This document shows positions 35,437 to 48,639 of a stretch of DNA of 50,364 nt, piece after piece. The stretch covers positions 105,560,306 through 105,610,669 of the forward strand of contig NC_068985.1 in assembly GCF_001194135.2 (NCBI RefSeq), given 5' to 3'. This DNA is from Octopus bimaculoides (Eukaryota). Positions within the stretch are counted from its first letter, which is position 1. Every line of letters starts with the position of its first letter. A program made the position numbers and the translations under genes. The notes under the pieces are model-generated. The model was not told the origin of the DNA. It did not search any database and saw nothing but the letters and a program-made list of their open reading frames with translations.

Positions 35437-35640
35437 TGCGGAGTCTCTGCGTGGTCGTTCGACCTGCTAAAAATAGCAACCAAATGTCCTTCAAATTTCA
35501 ATCTACGATCTTTTAAAAAACGGAAAGGACATTTTGGATAATGGAGTTCTAGATACAATGTCTGAGACAAACAAAAAGGCGGAATAGTCACGGTTGGAAT
35601 ACCTTTGAATATACGTTTACTCGATCAAGTATGACATGGG
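35437..35640 (+). mobile_element. SINE-like family C copy
   Basis: gagtctctgcgtggtcgttcgacctgctaaaaatagcaaccaaatg..ggacattttggataat..gtcacggttggaatacctttga. Confidence 0.7.
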
Positions 35641-35999
35641 ATGTATTATAAGAAGAGTAGCAGCAGTAGTCGTGGCAGCAGCAACAATTACAACAACATG
35701 AATAACGGCAGTTTATCAAGCACCATACCATCATCAACCACCGACCTCTTCGTGCCGCTCTGTATTAAGGGTTGTGTGTTACCATAAGTGGCACGGTCAG
35801 ATACCAAACGTTTAACAATACTAAATCCTCCTTGGACAGAGCCTGAAAGAGGCTACAAAATACACGTTGTAAGTGACAAGGTTTTATCGTAGTGTTACAG
35901 CTCTAAGCTCAAAACATTTAGCAGAAGACCAATGGCACATGGTGCTGCAGTGATAGTAAGAATTAGAAGATAACAATAACGACCGTTCTCAGTAATATT

Positions 36000-36185
36000 A
36001 TTGTTTCAAATTTTGGCAAAAAAAACCCCAGTAATTTTGGAGTGGGGGAGTGTTACATCGTCCTCAGTACTTGTAAGGCAGAGTCGATCTCGGCAGGATT
36101 TGAACTCAGAACATAAAGAGCTGGGAGAAATACTGCTAACGATTCTACCGAGGATTCTACTGCTAACGATTCTACCGAGGATTGG
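36000..36185 (-). mobile_element. SINE family A fragment with 27-bp tandem duplication
   Basis: tactgctaacgattctaccgaggatt x2 (36131-36183). Confidence 0.65.
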
Positions 36186-36439
36186 TTGAAGCAGCTATCA
36201 CCTTTCATTTGCAATGTTTTACGTCATAAATATTCTTGTATAACAAAACGGCTTTTAAAGCGCAGCATTTAAACGTTATTGCTTTTCATTTGTAAACTCG
36301 CTGCTTGAATTAACTGATGCATCACCACGCATACAACGTTAATTATATCCAAAGAGAAATATATGCAAGCTTGTAAAAGTCGTAATACGACTGTATTACA
36401 AAGGCTTTGGAGTGCCTTTAGTAAATTGGCAACGACGTG

Positions 36440-36580
36440 CAAATGATCGGAAGAAACCACTCGGAAGACCTCTAAGACGATAGGAAGATAGCATAATCAA
36501 ACAATTAAGGCTTAAATGGAAGAGAAAGATGCGATCAAGGGAGAAATGTAGGCATGTTGTGAGCAGCGATGAATAAGACC
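36440..36580 (+). pseudogene. RTE-clade LINE ORF C-terminal remnant
   Basis: RKKPLGRPLRR*EDSIIKQLRLKW, matching RTE G.RPxGRPxxRW.D.I. Confidence 0.55.
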
Positions 36581-37357
36581 ATCGCATAGTCTGGCGAAAG
36601 GAAGAAAGATATCAGAAGATGAGAAGAAGCTGAATAACCTCAGAAACAATGGACTTCCAGTCTGGGAAATCGTTTGACAATTGTAGGTAGCACGTGAAGA
36701 GATTAAAGAAAGAACGTAGGGATGGGCACCAGAGTCAAATGTTAGTTCGTTGAGAATAAGAGAAGTTGATAGACTAAAACAGGCAACACGCTATAGAAAG
36801 TCGAGGATCGTGAAAAACAGCGTTAAAAGCGATTAAATGCCGTTTCGTTTGATCCACTTGGAATTATGTTCACATTTATAGGAAAGAGCAAAGTAAAGAG
36901 GCTAAATGACGAACTGGCGAGAGATAAAAAGAGCCACGGGATAATCTAGCGAGATTGAAACAGACATCTGACCTAAGACACGGTCAGATGTATACATACC
37001 ATACTAAGCTACTTTCCACAGTTTTATTGAACGTTTGCACGGTAGAACTCTCTCAAACAAAGTTCTTTACAGCAGGATCAATCTCGAGGTCATGTAGTTA
37101 CTAAATGAATTTCTTGACCACACAGTTATGCTTCTTTGCGGCGAATTGCAATACTGTACTAGGCTTGTTATACAAATGAACGCACTCACTACATTTGTGC
37201 ACTTCAAGCCTTCGGCTCACTCCGCTATAACATAACATAATAACACAACAACAAAACATATGCACGTGTTTCACAAAATTACGAGACTGTCATGCCTCAA
37301 CGATCATGTATTTTGGTGTTTACAGCAAAATACAACAACAACAATGATAATAATAAG

Positions 37358-37533
37358 AATCCTTTCTACTAGAGGCACAAGGTCTGAAATTTGGTGGGAG
37401 GGTCTAGTCGATGTTATCGACCCCCAGTGTTTCACTGGTACTTAATTTTTCGACCCCGAAAGGATGAAAGGTAAAGCTGACCTCGGCGGAATTTGAACTC
37501 AACGTAGCGACAGGCTAAGTATCGTTAAGTATT
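37358..37533 (-). mobile_element. SINE family A
   Basis: gcacaaggtctgaaattt..cgaccccgaaaggatgaaaggtaaagctgacctcggcggaatttgaactc. Confidence 0.88.
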
Positions 37534-37628
37534 TTGTGAAGGCTTTATCTTGGTTGCCCAAGATCAGAGCTTACTGACACGGAAGTATCAAGCCAATGTG
37601 ATGAAAATGGTGTAGACCCAAAGTGCCG

Positions 37629-38300
<672 letters not shown>

Positions 38301-38765
38301 TGTATCGATATCCATATACATAAGCATATTCACAGCGCTGCAGTGATGACGACTATAAAGTAGTCCTTCAGACTTGATATACAGATGGGGAAATATTTAT
38401 TTGCTTGCGTGTTATTTTACTGAATTTTCATCTTTTCCTTTTTCTCTTCTTCTTTACTGCTTTTCCAAACCTTCAAGCATCACTTCGACACGAACGTGAT
38501 CATGTTTCCATTACTCTTAAAATCTTCCTGTATATTTCGATATAAAAGAAATCGAGGTATTTTTAGGTAAAGTTTTACGTCAGTTACAGTCTGCCCAGTA
38601 TCGATCTGATGAGATTCTGAGTACAAAACTACACAGCGAAGTGTCAAGGTTATCGAAAACCTTCGATGCATTTTCATTCAATAAATGTGAGCAGGAAGCG
38701 ATACATGTTTGTTTAAATACATGCTCGTCAAATACACACACAAACACACACATACACTCACACAC

Positions 38766-38796
<31 letters not shown>

Positions 38797-39304
38797 NNNN
38801 NNNNNNNNNNNNNNNNNNNNNNNNNNNNNNNNNNNNNNNNNNNNNNNNNNNNNNNNNNNNNNNNNNNNNNNNNNNNNNNNNNNNNNNNNNNNNNNNNNNN
38901 NNNNNNNNNNNNNNNNNNNNNNNNNNNNNNNNNNNNNNNNNNNNNNNNNNNNNNNNNNNNNNNNNNNNNNNNNNNNNNNNNNNNNNNNNNNNNNNNNNNN
39001 NNNNNNNNNNNNNNNNNNNNNNNNNNNNNNNNNNNNNNNNNNNNNNNNNNNNNNNNNNNNNNNNNNNNNNNNNNNNNNNNNNNNNNNNNNNNNNNNNNNN
39101 NNNNNNNNNNNNNNNNNNNNNNNNNNNNNNNNNNNNNNNNNNNNNNNNNNNNNNNNNNNNNNNNNNNNNNNNNNNNNNNNNNNNNNNNNNNNNNNNNNNN
39201 NNNNNNNNNNNNNNNNNNNNNNNNNNNNNNNNNNNNNNNNNNNNNNNNNNNNNNNNNNNNNNNNNNNNNNNNNNNNNNNNNNNNNNNNNNNNNNNNNNNN
39301 NNNN

Positions 39305-39409
39305 AGAGGGGACAAACAAGGACAGACAAATGGATTAAGTCGATTATATCGACCCCAGTGCGTAACTGGCACTTATTTAATCGACCCCGAAAGGATGAAA
39401 GGCAAAGTG
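39305..39409 (-). mobile_element. SINE family A 3' part
   Basis: agaggggacaaacaaggacagacaaatggattaagtcgattatatcgaccccagtgcgtaactgg..gaaaggatgaaaggcaaagt. Confidence 0.88.
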
Positions 39410-39440
39410 TATATATAAAATTGATATAAACAGCAGTTTG

Positions 39441-39717
39441 CAATGTTTCACCAAAAATTAGTCCAGAAAGAGCCGAAGCCGAGCTTTCTTAACTGATGAG
39501 GCAACGGAAAATGCCGAAACTGACGCGTCGGTATTAAGAATTCTCGGTCGGCACTTTTCAGACGATTATGGTCCCTGTTAGTGTATATATTTTCATTCAT
39601 GTGCGTTAACTACAGCATTAGAGCGATTTAGCTCTTATTTCTAGCAATGTAGGTGTTTCCCAACACCCTAATCGCCATTGGTAACATTTGTAATTCCCCT
39701 TTTTTGGTGAAACATTG
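39441..39717 (+). mobile_element. ~277-bp hammerhead-bearing element bounded by 17-bp inverted repeats
   Basis: CAATGTTTCACCAAAAA (39441-39457) / TTTTTGGTGAAACATTG (39701-39717); homologous over most of its length to 21675-21941. Confidence 0.7.
39472..39552 (+). ncRNA. Type I hammerhead ribozyme
   Basis: Stem I TTCTTAA/TTAAGAA, extended by GCCGAG/CTCGGT and GCCG/CGGC; core CTGATGA (39493-39499); stem II GGCA/TGCC; GAAA (39516-39519); stem III CTGA/TCGG with palindromic GACGCGTC; GUA triplet, predicted cut after 39533. Confidence 0.9.
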
Positions 39718-39719
39718 TC

Positions 39720-40045
39720 TGGTACTTTTGATAAGCTGAGGTGTCAGCATACTTCTTTTTCGACCATGTCCAGGTCGATCAGCGGTGGAACCAGTCTCTC
39801 GAAATTTCTTGACAATTTTCCAGACTGTCGTTTGGTTAATTTTAAACTTCTTTGCTATAGCTGTATTACTTTCGCGTCCTTTGTATTTCGGTCTATAGCC
39901 ATTATCTAATTTATGAAGCTGAATTTATTTAGTCTGAAACAAAAGAAGACACACAAAGCTTTTATAATGGTGTATAATTTTCATATCTCATCACATTGAT
40001 GGTTATTAAAGCCCGAAATTTCAGTTGCCTTAATTTTGGAAAGCC

Positions 40046-40048
<3 letters not shown>
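39720..40048 (-). mobile_element. Tc1/mariner 5' fragment (TIR plus transposase HTH remnant)
   Basis: TA|CAGGGCTTTCCAAAATTAAGG terminus at 40048; SNTAIAKKFKINQTTVWKIVKKFRETGSTADRPGHGRKRS. Confidence 0.85.
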
Positions 40049-40098
<50 letters not shown>

Positions 40099-41287
40099 TA
40101 TGTATGTATGTATGTATGTATGTATGTATGCATGTATAGTCCATTAGGAGACTCCCCGCTTCTTCTTCGGCATATAGAACGAACAAATAACGCGTTTATT
40201 TTCTTTTTTTACCTACAAAGAGATTTTGTAATATTTGAATTAATTTTATCTTTGATTTACGATATGATGTGCATAAAATTAATATCATTTAATCAATTAT
40301 GTGTCGTCAAGAGTACAAATATGCAAATTAGACTATCAAGTGCAACTATAACCTAATTTATGTCTGTTGTGTATACATAACCAGAATATTCTATGGAGTG
40401 ATCTAGGAGAGGAAACCAGGCACGTTTCCTCTCAAGAGCGATCAACACGGCCTGAAACGGTCTATCAGTAGATTCCTCTTAAGTTTTTCTGTTCATCAAA
40501 AGCATAGAAAGGAGGTGTTAATATAATTATTTCACCCGTTAGGAGACGTTTTGGTAATGTTTAAATTCATTTCACTTCTTCTGACTCACAGGCTCTAGCT
40601 ATGCTGTGCATAACATGCTCACACACACACGCGCACACACATACACACATTCTTTTTATGAACAATGAATCGCGAAGCAAATAAAGCTATAAATAATAGC
40701 ATGTAAATTTTATATATAGCCTTATTTGCGTCGAGATTTACCGCTCCTAAAAAATATTTATTTCACATTCCCAAAGTTTTTTAAAATTGTTATGATGTCA
40801 GCATACATACATACATACATACATACATACATACAAAGGTATGTATGTGTGTATATGTATGTTTGTATGTATACACACACACACCACCCCCACCTCACAC
40901 CATATATGCACACACACACACACACACATACACACACATATACACATACAAACACACACACATATATATAATATATATATATACATCGAGTAGTTAGCAT
41001 GAAAAAATCTCATAAGGGAAAAGAGGTTTTTTCACGCTAACTACTTGATAAATTCTTATAAAGACTTTATCCTATTATTGAATTATATATANNNNNNNNN
41101 NNNNNNNNNNNNNNNNNNNNNNNNNNNNNNNNNNNNNNNNNNNNNNNNNNNNNNNNNNNNNNNNNNNNNNNNNNNNNNNNNNNNNNNNNNNNNNNNNNNN
41201 NNNNNNNNNNNNNNNNNNNNNNNNNNNNNNNNNNNNNNNNNNNNNNNNNNNNNNNNNNNNNNNNNNNNNNNNNNNNNNNNNNNNNNN

Positions 41288-41343
<56 letters not shown>

Positions 41344-42559
41344 TTAGAGAGAGTTCAAGCACTCGAAACATTGACAGTCAATATAATGACGTGCACAATT
41401 TATGTGTACGTTACAACACGAGATCTACAGAGAGAATTTTTCTTCAAGACAAAATCCTGCAGCGAATGCCTTTAATGTTCTGTTCTGCTGTGCTGCTGTC
41501 TGTTAAAAATAAATGTACACAACTTTATATTGACCCTTACTGCTTCCTGTGATTATACTAAATTTATGCTTCATATACGGTCAGCGCTGGTGACACCATT
41601 CCAGTTAGTCACCTTTCTTCCTCGAAATCCGAAACTCGATCAGTTTGGTTAGCGATCGCTTCTATGTAACAAACAAATCACCAGCAAACATTTTCATATG
41701 TGATGTCTATTACCTCTTGTAATCGATGACTTAATTTTCGTGCGATTGAATTTGTGAGCCACTGAATTACTCATTAGCTGAAGGAATGTTGAATCAATCA
41801 ATCAATCAATCAATCAATATAATGGTTGTGTATGATTATCATCAATTTAAAACTTTATCGACTTTGGAAATTTGAGTTGTAAATTAGATTAATTAGTAAC
41901 AGAATATGGACGTTTCATAAAGAATATGTAATGCCTGTGATCTTTGTCAAATTAAAATTTTTTATATAAATTCATATCTTTTATGCTTTTCCTCTCACTG
42001 CGGGTGTAATTTTAAACGAACGTTCTTGTCTCATTACATTAAATATATGAGTACTGACTTAACTGGCTGTTTTCTTTGCAGAAGCCATCACTGAGTAACC
42101 CTCCCACAGTCATTCTCCCTCCAACTTGTGTATATGGGTTATACGTTAACAATTATTGCCGCACTTGATAATGTTGTCTTCTGAGAGAAAAGTGCAAAAC
42201 TAGAATTTCAAGAAGGAAGTTCGAGATCTGTGGATTTAATCTGTAAACGGGACAAGAATAATAAAGTTTGGCATGTGATTGTTTGCACGTAAGCAGTTGA
42301 TCGAAAATAGTTACCCAAAAACAGATATTCGAATTAGGATTTATCAAAAACGGTTGACTAAAAAACAACAGGTCGAAGAAATAATTGTTCGAACAAATAA
42401 TTAACTGAACAGTAGCAAATATTAACGTATTAAAATAAAATATTAAAATATTAAAATTTATCACAAACATTTGACTAAGAAAAACAATTGATCGAAGTAA
42501 CAGTTGTTCGAATAAACACATCCGAAATACAGGAAATATTTGTTTTAAATTTTGGGACT

Positions 42560-42770
42560 AGGCTTGCAATTTGTGGGGGAAGAGAGTAACTCTGCACGGA
42601 GACAGTTGATCAAAAATAGTATGTCGCGATCCCAGTGTTCATCTGCTACTTATTTTATCGACCTCGAAAGGATGAAAGGTAAAGTCGACCTCGGCGGAAT
42701 TTGAACTTACAATGTAAAGGCAGAAAAAAAAAAGTGCCGCTACTAAGCATTCTGCTAGCTCGTTGCCTTT
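42560..42770 (-). mobile_element. SINE family A
   Basis: ttattttatcgacctcgaaaggatgaaaggtaaagtcgacctcggcggaatttgaact. Confidence 0.8.
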
Positions 42771-43644
42771 AAGTATAGGAAAATATTAAAATAATTTTTC
42801 GAACAACTATAATTTATTTTATTAACATATAAAAACCAGTGTTCACGTGTGCGCGCGCGCATGCGTATGTGTGTGTGTGTGTGTGTGTGTGTGCTGTGTT
42901 TATGTTTGTAGTCTCAAAAAGGGGTGTTTTTCATAAGCTAACCATAAACATTACATACACGCGCGCCTACACACACGTGCACGCTTATATGCTAGCTGTT
43001 GCATATAACATAAGATCATAACTTTATTTTACAATTTTATTAAACTGCTGATTTTTCGTACAGTAAAAATATTAGAACCATATTCAAATATTGAATTACT
43101 TACCTCATAAACTGATCTATGTTATGATGGAGATAAAGGCATTATCATGTGCTATTCTGATTTTCAAACTGTAAGCAGAAACATCACACACACACACAGT
43201 GTATGCACACACATTATCTTATTTTTATCTTATTTCAGGCATTTGACTGCGGTCATGCTGGGGGTACCACTCAAGAATATTGTATATAATTTTTTATTTA
43301 AAAATAAAACTCTATTTTAGTAAAGTATAGCAATGTAATTGTTTTCTTTGGCCTTATTTCCGTATTTCGAATATTTGCAACAATTCGTTTATTTTTGATT
43401 CGAGAACTTCTTACTTCGACCAATTTCGAGTAATTGGTTTTGCTCAAGTGCATTTCTATCAACTGTTTCCGATAAATTGAGCCGAAGTTCAATTTATTCT
43501 TCGTGATTGTTGCTGCCTAAATTTCATTGGCTGGACATATTTTCCAATAACAGGCTAACAACATTAGTGGTAAAAATCTAAAGAATAAAAGAAAGAAATT
43601 GATGTAAATGCTTTGAACTCTCCGACTCGATTTTGATTATAACT

Positions 43645-43789
43645 AAGACTTCACTTTGAACTTGCTCACTCAATTCTGAGTATGATTTTGAGGATTCACT
43701 TCTAACTTGTCTTCTCGATTCTGAGATTGACTCAAAGACTTCACTTCTAACTTATCCACTCGATTTTGAACATGACTCTAAGACTTCAG
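43645..43789 (-). repeat. Diverged 45-bp tandem repeat (3+ units)
   Basis: Units start at 43645, 43690, 43735, 43780, with no indels between them. Confidence 0.8.
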
Positions 43790-44099
43790 TTATGTTTTGT
43801 GATAGTAGTTTTCGTATTCTATCTAACGGGTATAGTATATCTGCTATGCTGTCATTGATACTTTTTCGACCCAGACAAAATCGATTATTGTGTTTAATTA
43901 TGCAATGCATAGAAAAGCCACAATAATTCTCTTGGAATTTTAGGCATAATCGTTCTATCAATCTATCAATTGGTTGAGCAACCATAAGTCCGAAACTTAG
44001 GAATAATCTTGAGGTAAAGGTATTCCGTCGTTATAATCATTAATTTGCTCTAAATTCAAAACCAGAACATATTGCAGTTGCGTTGCGAGGATCGCAGCG

Positions 44100-44315
44100 C
44101 AACTGAGAAGGGCGCTAGTATCCTCAAGAAGGATATCAAGTCTGAAATGACGCATCCGTCGAAGAGGACGCTCAAAACTTTGTTATAATAAGGATGCTAT
44201 CAATGAAGTGGACTGACTTATTACGATTGTATGCGTGAAGACTGTGACTGATCGCAAACAGTTGTGGAGGGTTATTAAAAAAGGACTAATTGTTGCAGGG
44301 TTAAACTGGATGAAA
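44100..44315 (+). pseudogene. RTE-clade LINE 3' remnant
   Basis: RRRGRSKLCY..VTDRKQLWRVI, matching RTE RxRGRP..DRxxWR. Confidence 0.5.
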
Positions 44316-44574
44316 GAAGAAACCAAGTCTGCCGTTTTGGTGCTGCATATTTGACGTCACTGACTCGATGCTCACTAATTCAACATCAAACATTTTGATG
44401 TTTTCCTTGTTTCAATGTTTCTCTCGGTCACCTCTCTCTCTCTCTCTCACTCTCACCTCTCTCTCTCTCTCTCTCTCACCTCTTCACTTCTTTCTTTTGT
44501 GAACATATTTCTTTCTACGTGTACAAGTGTTTCTATGTCAATCGTGTTCAATTAAGACATTGTAATCTCTCTCT

Positions 44575-44610
<36 letters not shown>

Positions 44611-45019
44611 ACTCTCCCTATCTGTTTGTGTATATTTCTGTGCTTGTGTGTATGTGTTTTAGCGTGCGTGAGTATGTTTTCCTCCAGTGCCAAAGCGTAC
44701 CGTCACCAAAACAGGTTGAATGTCCAGTCAGCCATGCCAAATCATCAACATCCAAACAGCTGCACCCAGTCGTTTTATTCCAGTCTATCATCACACAAAA
44801 ACAAAACATTGTTGACAACCTTCCCTCATTTCTTGCTATCAAATCATATTCAAATACAAGTGATATCCAAAGAGTTTTCATCTAATTCTTCTACCACAAA
44901 GTGACTCCAAATATATATATTTCGCCCCACTGGTTTGCTAGATCAGTTTCTACAATTCCGAGACGAACTTTCCGAGACGAACTTTCGGTGACAATCTTTA
45001 GAACACATTGTATCCCTTT

Positions 45020-45757
45020 CCTTTCCGGGACTTCATTAGGGGATTAGGCAGTCATTTTTACTTGAGGAATCATAAAGGACTTATGCAGACGCCTGGCAGG
45101 GTGGATCCTTCGAACTTTCAAAACAAGAAAAAAGGAAACCAGGATGATCCTCTGGAAAACTTTCGTTCTCAGCCTTCTGGATTACTGCTCCCAACTGTAG
45201 TCACCAAACTGTAAAATTAAAGATGGCGATCCAGCGAAAAAAAAATGACTGACATAATTGAACATATCAACTATTGGGAGAAACTGAAAGAGTTTAGGCT
45301 TTACTCCCTGGAGCAAAGTCGGGAAAGATATGCAGTAATATACATCTGGAAAATCCTAGAAAAACATATGCCAAACTTTGGCATTATCAGTTACATAAAC
45401 AGCAGGACGGGGCACCACTGCATAATACGAAGAATCCCAACATTGACATCAGAATACAGAACTAAATACTGCAACAGCTTTTCCTTCAAAGGCCTACAGC
45501 TCTTCAATATCCTCCCGAAAACCTGAGAAACTTGCATGGCGTGGATGTACGCTTTTTCAAAACAAAACTGGATCTCCTTCTGTCAAGATTTCCGGGTGAA
45601 CCTACTTCAAAGCAAGAAACACAGTTGAGGGCAACAACGTCGAACTCACTCATCCAGCAAATGTCACATATCAGAGAAAGTTTAGCGAAAGTGTAGCAAA
45701 GTAAACGGTGGTACCCAAGCATGGCCACAGTCTTTGGACTGAAACTAAGAAAAAAAT
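45020..45757 (+). mobile_element. CR1-group LINE 3' fragment (ORF2 C-terminus plus tail)
   Basis: RRLAGWILRTFKTRKKETRMILWKTFVLSLLDYCSQL*SP; INYWEKLKEFRLYSLEQSRERYAVIYIWKILE; frameshift ~45520; FFKTKLDLLLSRFPGEP; stop at 45694-45696; A-rich end. Confidence 0.9.
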
Positions 45758-46150
45758 ATCTACATCATATCTATCTACAAGCTATGTAGACTGGGTCAGT
45801 TAGAGAAAAAGCTTTTTACTAGAGGCATAAGGAAACATTGTAATCTGGTTACGGAAGGTCTTGGACAGCTGGGACTCTCGCAAATAAAAGCAAATTATAT
45901 ATGTTAAAAGCAACGTGGAATAAAAATAGAAAAAAGTACTCTACACTTCTTTGAAATGTAACTCAGAACGGAGTCGACAATTCGCTAATGCTGACAAAAT
46001 AATCGATATTGCAAATCGATTGATATGTATGTATTGGTTTATAAACCTTGCTTTCTGTCACCTGCTACTAAATACCATCTAAACTATTTGTTATTTTAAC
46101 GGTACAGCAGAAGATAAATGTACAACAACAAAAATAACAACAACGGCTGT

Positions 46151-46188
<38 letters not shown>

Positions 46189-46396
46189 TATCAACAGAAA
46201 CAGCAGCAACAAAAATAAAAGCGACAAAAGCAACAGCAGAAACGGCAGTAAGAACATGGTTCCAGCAAACAGGCACGCATTAACATGGTTGCAATTTAAA
46301 AGGAAGAAAGAATGAAGCAAATGGAAAAGAAAATGTTTTAATCATCCAGTTGATGGATTCAGATATCTAGAAATCGGACATTTTATTGTGTGTGTG

Positions 46397-46429
<33 letters not shown>

Positions 46430-46869
46430 GTGTCTGTTGTGTGTGTGTACACAAACACACATACATTCACACATATATACACATGCATATATATATATAN
46501 NNNNNNNNNNNNNNNNNNNNNNNNNNNNNNNNNNNNNNNNNNNNNNNNNNNNNNNNNNNNNNNNNNNNNNNNNNNNNNNNNNNNNNNNNNNNNNNNNNNN
46601 NNNNNNNNNNNNNNNNNNNNNNNNNNNNNNNNNNNNNNNNNNNNNNNNNNNNNNNNNNNNNNNNNNNNNNNNNNNNNNNNNNNNNNNNNNNNNNNNNNNN
46701 NNNNNNNNNNNNNNNNNNNNNNNNNNNNNNNNNNNNNNNNNNNNNNNNNNNNNNNNNNNNNNNNNNNNNNNNNNNNNNNNNNNNNNNNNNNNNNNNNNNN
46801 NNNNNNNNNNNNNNNNNNNNNNNNNNNNNNNNNNNNNNNNNNNNNNNNNNNNNNNNNNNNNNNNNNNNN

Positions 46870-46918
<49 letters not shown>

Positions 46919-47219
46919 CAAATATGCATATATACCTATACATGTAGGCATACACACACACAAGCACACACACACACATATACATATATAAATATAATTG
47001 ATTAAGGAAACAGAAGATGGAGTAACTTTCTTTTCGGTGGTTAGGATATCATATCATGTGAGTCTACAAAAATTAAGTGTCACCACTTCCATTGTTTCTT
47101 CGGTCGTGAGATCATGGAAAGTGTACTATTGTGACTTGTTCACTTAGTTTCACTGCGACTGTTTTGTTGGTTAGTTTATATAAGTTTCAGGATTATAAAT
47201 ATTATTTTATCTATATAGG

Positions 47220-47521
47220 CAGTGGCGGAATGGCCAGCTTGCCCGATGGCAAGTAGACCGCTGCACCATTAGAATCCATACATGGGGGCCCATGTTAGTA
47301 TCTAAGGGGCCCACCCCCTCAAGTTTGAGAATTTTTTATTCACTCCTGGAAGAGTGCATTAATTATTTCAGCCTGGCTGTGTTTGTAGACAGTTGAAAAG
47401 AATATTATTAACCAAAAAAATTAAATGATAGCATTGTAGTTGTGGGTAGCTCCCATTGTAGTTGCGGGTGGGACCCTTAGTCTTCTGGCAACCAATATTT
47501 TTTAGACCCAGTCCGCCACTG
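47220..47521. mobile_element. hAT-type MITE, 302 bp
   Basis: TIR CAGTGGCGGA / TCCGCCACTG; exact 8-bp TSD TATATAGG (47212-47219 / 47522-47529). Confidence 0.9.
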
Positions 47522-47790
47522 TATATAGGTCAGTCGTTCTAGTTGCCATTGCCTGGTACGTGTAGCTGGTCAGTTAACACAGTATTAAGTTAGAATCCAC
47601 ACGCTTTCTCTTTCTTTCTTTGAGTGGGTACACCTTTGGCATTGTATAAGTACAGCAAGTAGAAAATTGTCTTAAAGAATACAATCAATCCATGATCACA
47701 GAACAGAGACGATAAGGAGAAAAGTTGACACAAGCTGTGTAAGGAGGTGGGAGTAGAGGTGGTATCAGCAACAGCAGCAGCAGCCGCAGC

Positions 47791-47850
<60 letters not shown>

Positions 47851-48217
47851 CCGGAAAGGCTTTGGAATCCGAGGTTCCGGAAAAATCGATGCTGTACTTG
47901 GAAAAGGAAATAATCTGGCTTATCAAAACAGAGTTAGAGTTGTTATGAGAAAATATCATATATGAAGTATTTTTAGATTATATTTGAAGAAAAGCAGAAG
48001 CTGCACAATGCAAGTTTATAGTTGCACACGCACGCACGCACGCACACATTTCATTAAAGACATGAGTGTGCTCCAGTTTTACCTCCTTTATTAGAGATCT
48101 CATATATTTTCATATCAGTTTTTTATAGTTAGTTTGAAACAGTAAAGTTCCTAAATCTATATTCAACGTCTCCAGACTTTCAGTCTCATTTTTAATATTT
48201 GAACTACAGGTACGTTG

Positions 48218-48302
<85 letters not shown>

Positions 48303-48305
<3 letters not shown>

Positions 48306-48619
48306 CTCTGTAGGTTACTAAGACTAGGGTTCCAGTTGATCCTATCAACAGAACAGCCTGCTCGTGAAATTAACGTGCAAGTAGCTGAGCAATCCACAGA
48401 CACGTGTACCCTTTGCGTAGTTCTCAGGGAGATTCAGCATGACACAGAATGTGACAAGGTTCGCCCTTTGAATTACGGGTACAACTCATTTTTGCCAGCT
48501 GAGTGGACTGGAGAAGTGTGAAATAAAGTGTTTTGCTCAAGGACACAACGCGCCGCCGAGAATTGAACTCACCTTATGATTGTGAACCGATTACTCTAAC
48601 CACTAAGCCACGCGCCTTC
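48303..48619 (-). mobile_element. tRNA SINE with CORE-like plus Deu/Nin-like domains, full length
   Basis: Head ggcgcgtggcttagtggttaga..gagttcaattc; CORE-like gtgtccttgagcaaaacacttta; 3' domain shared with 20805-20935. Confidence 0.85.
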
Positions 48620-48639
48620 AAAACTTCTTATATACTGGT

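Noticed and set aside
36964-36991. 10-bp perfect hairpin (another at ~40407-40433)
   Set aside because: Short; a few are expected by chance or within TE remnants in 50 kb; no supporting context.
38600-38640. CTGATGAG..C-AAAAC motif
   Set aside because: No stem I or III; at best a dead PLE end.
42290-43500. Reiterated gatcgaa/ttcgacc motifs in roughly opposite orientation at 42.3-42.5 and 43.3-43.5 kb
   Set aside because: Possibly subterminal repeats of an old DNA transposon, but termini and TSD are not identifiable.
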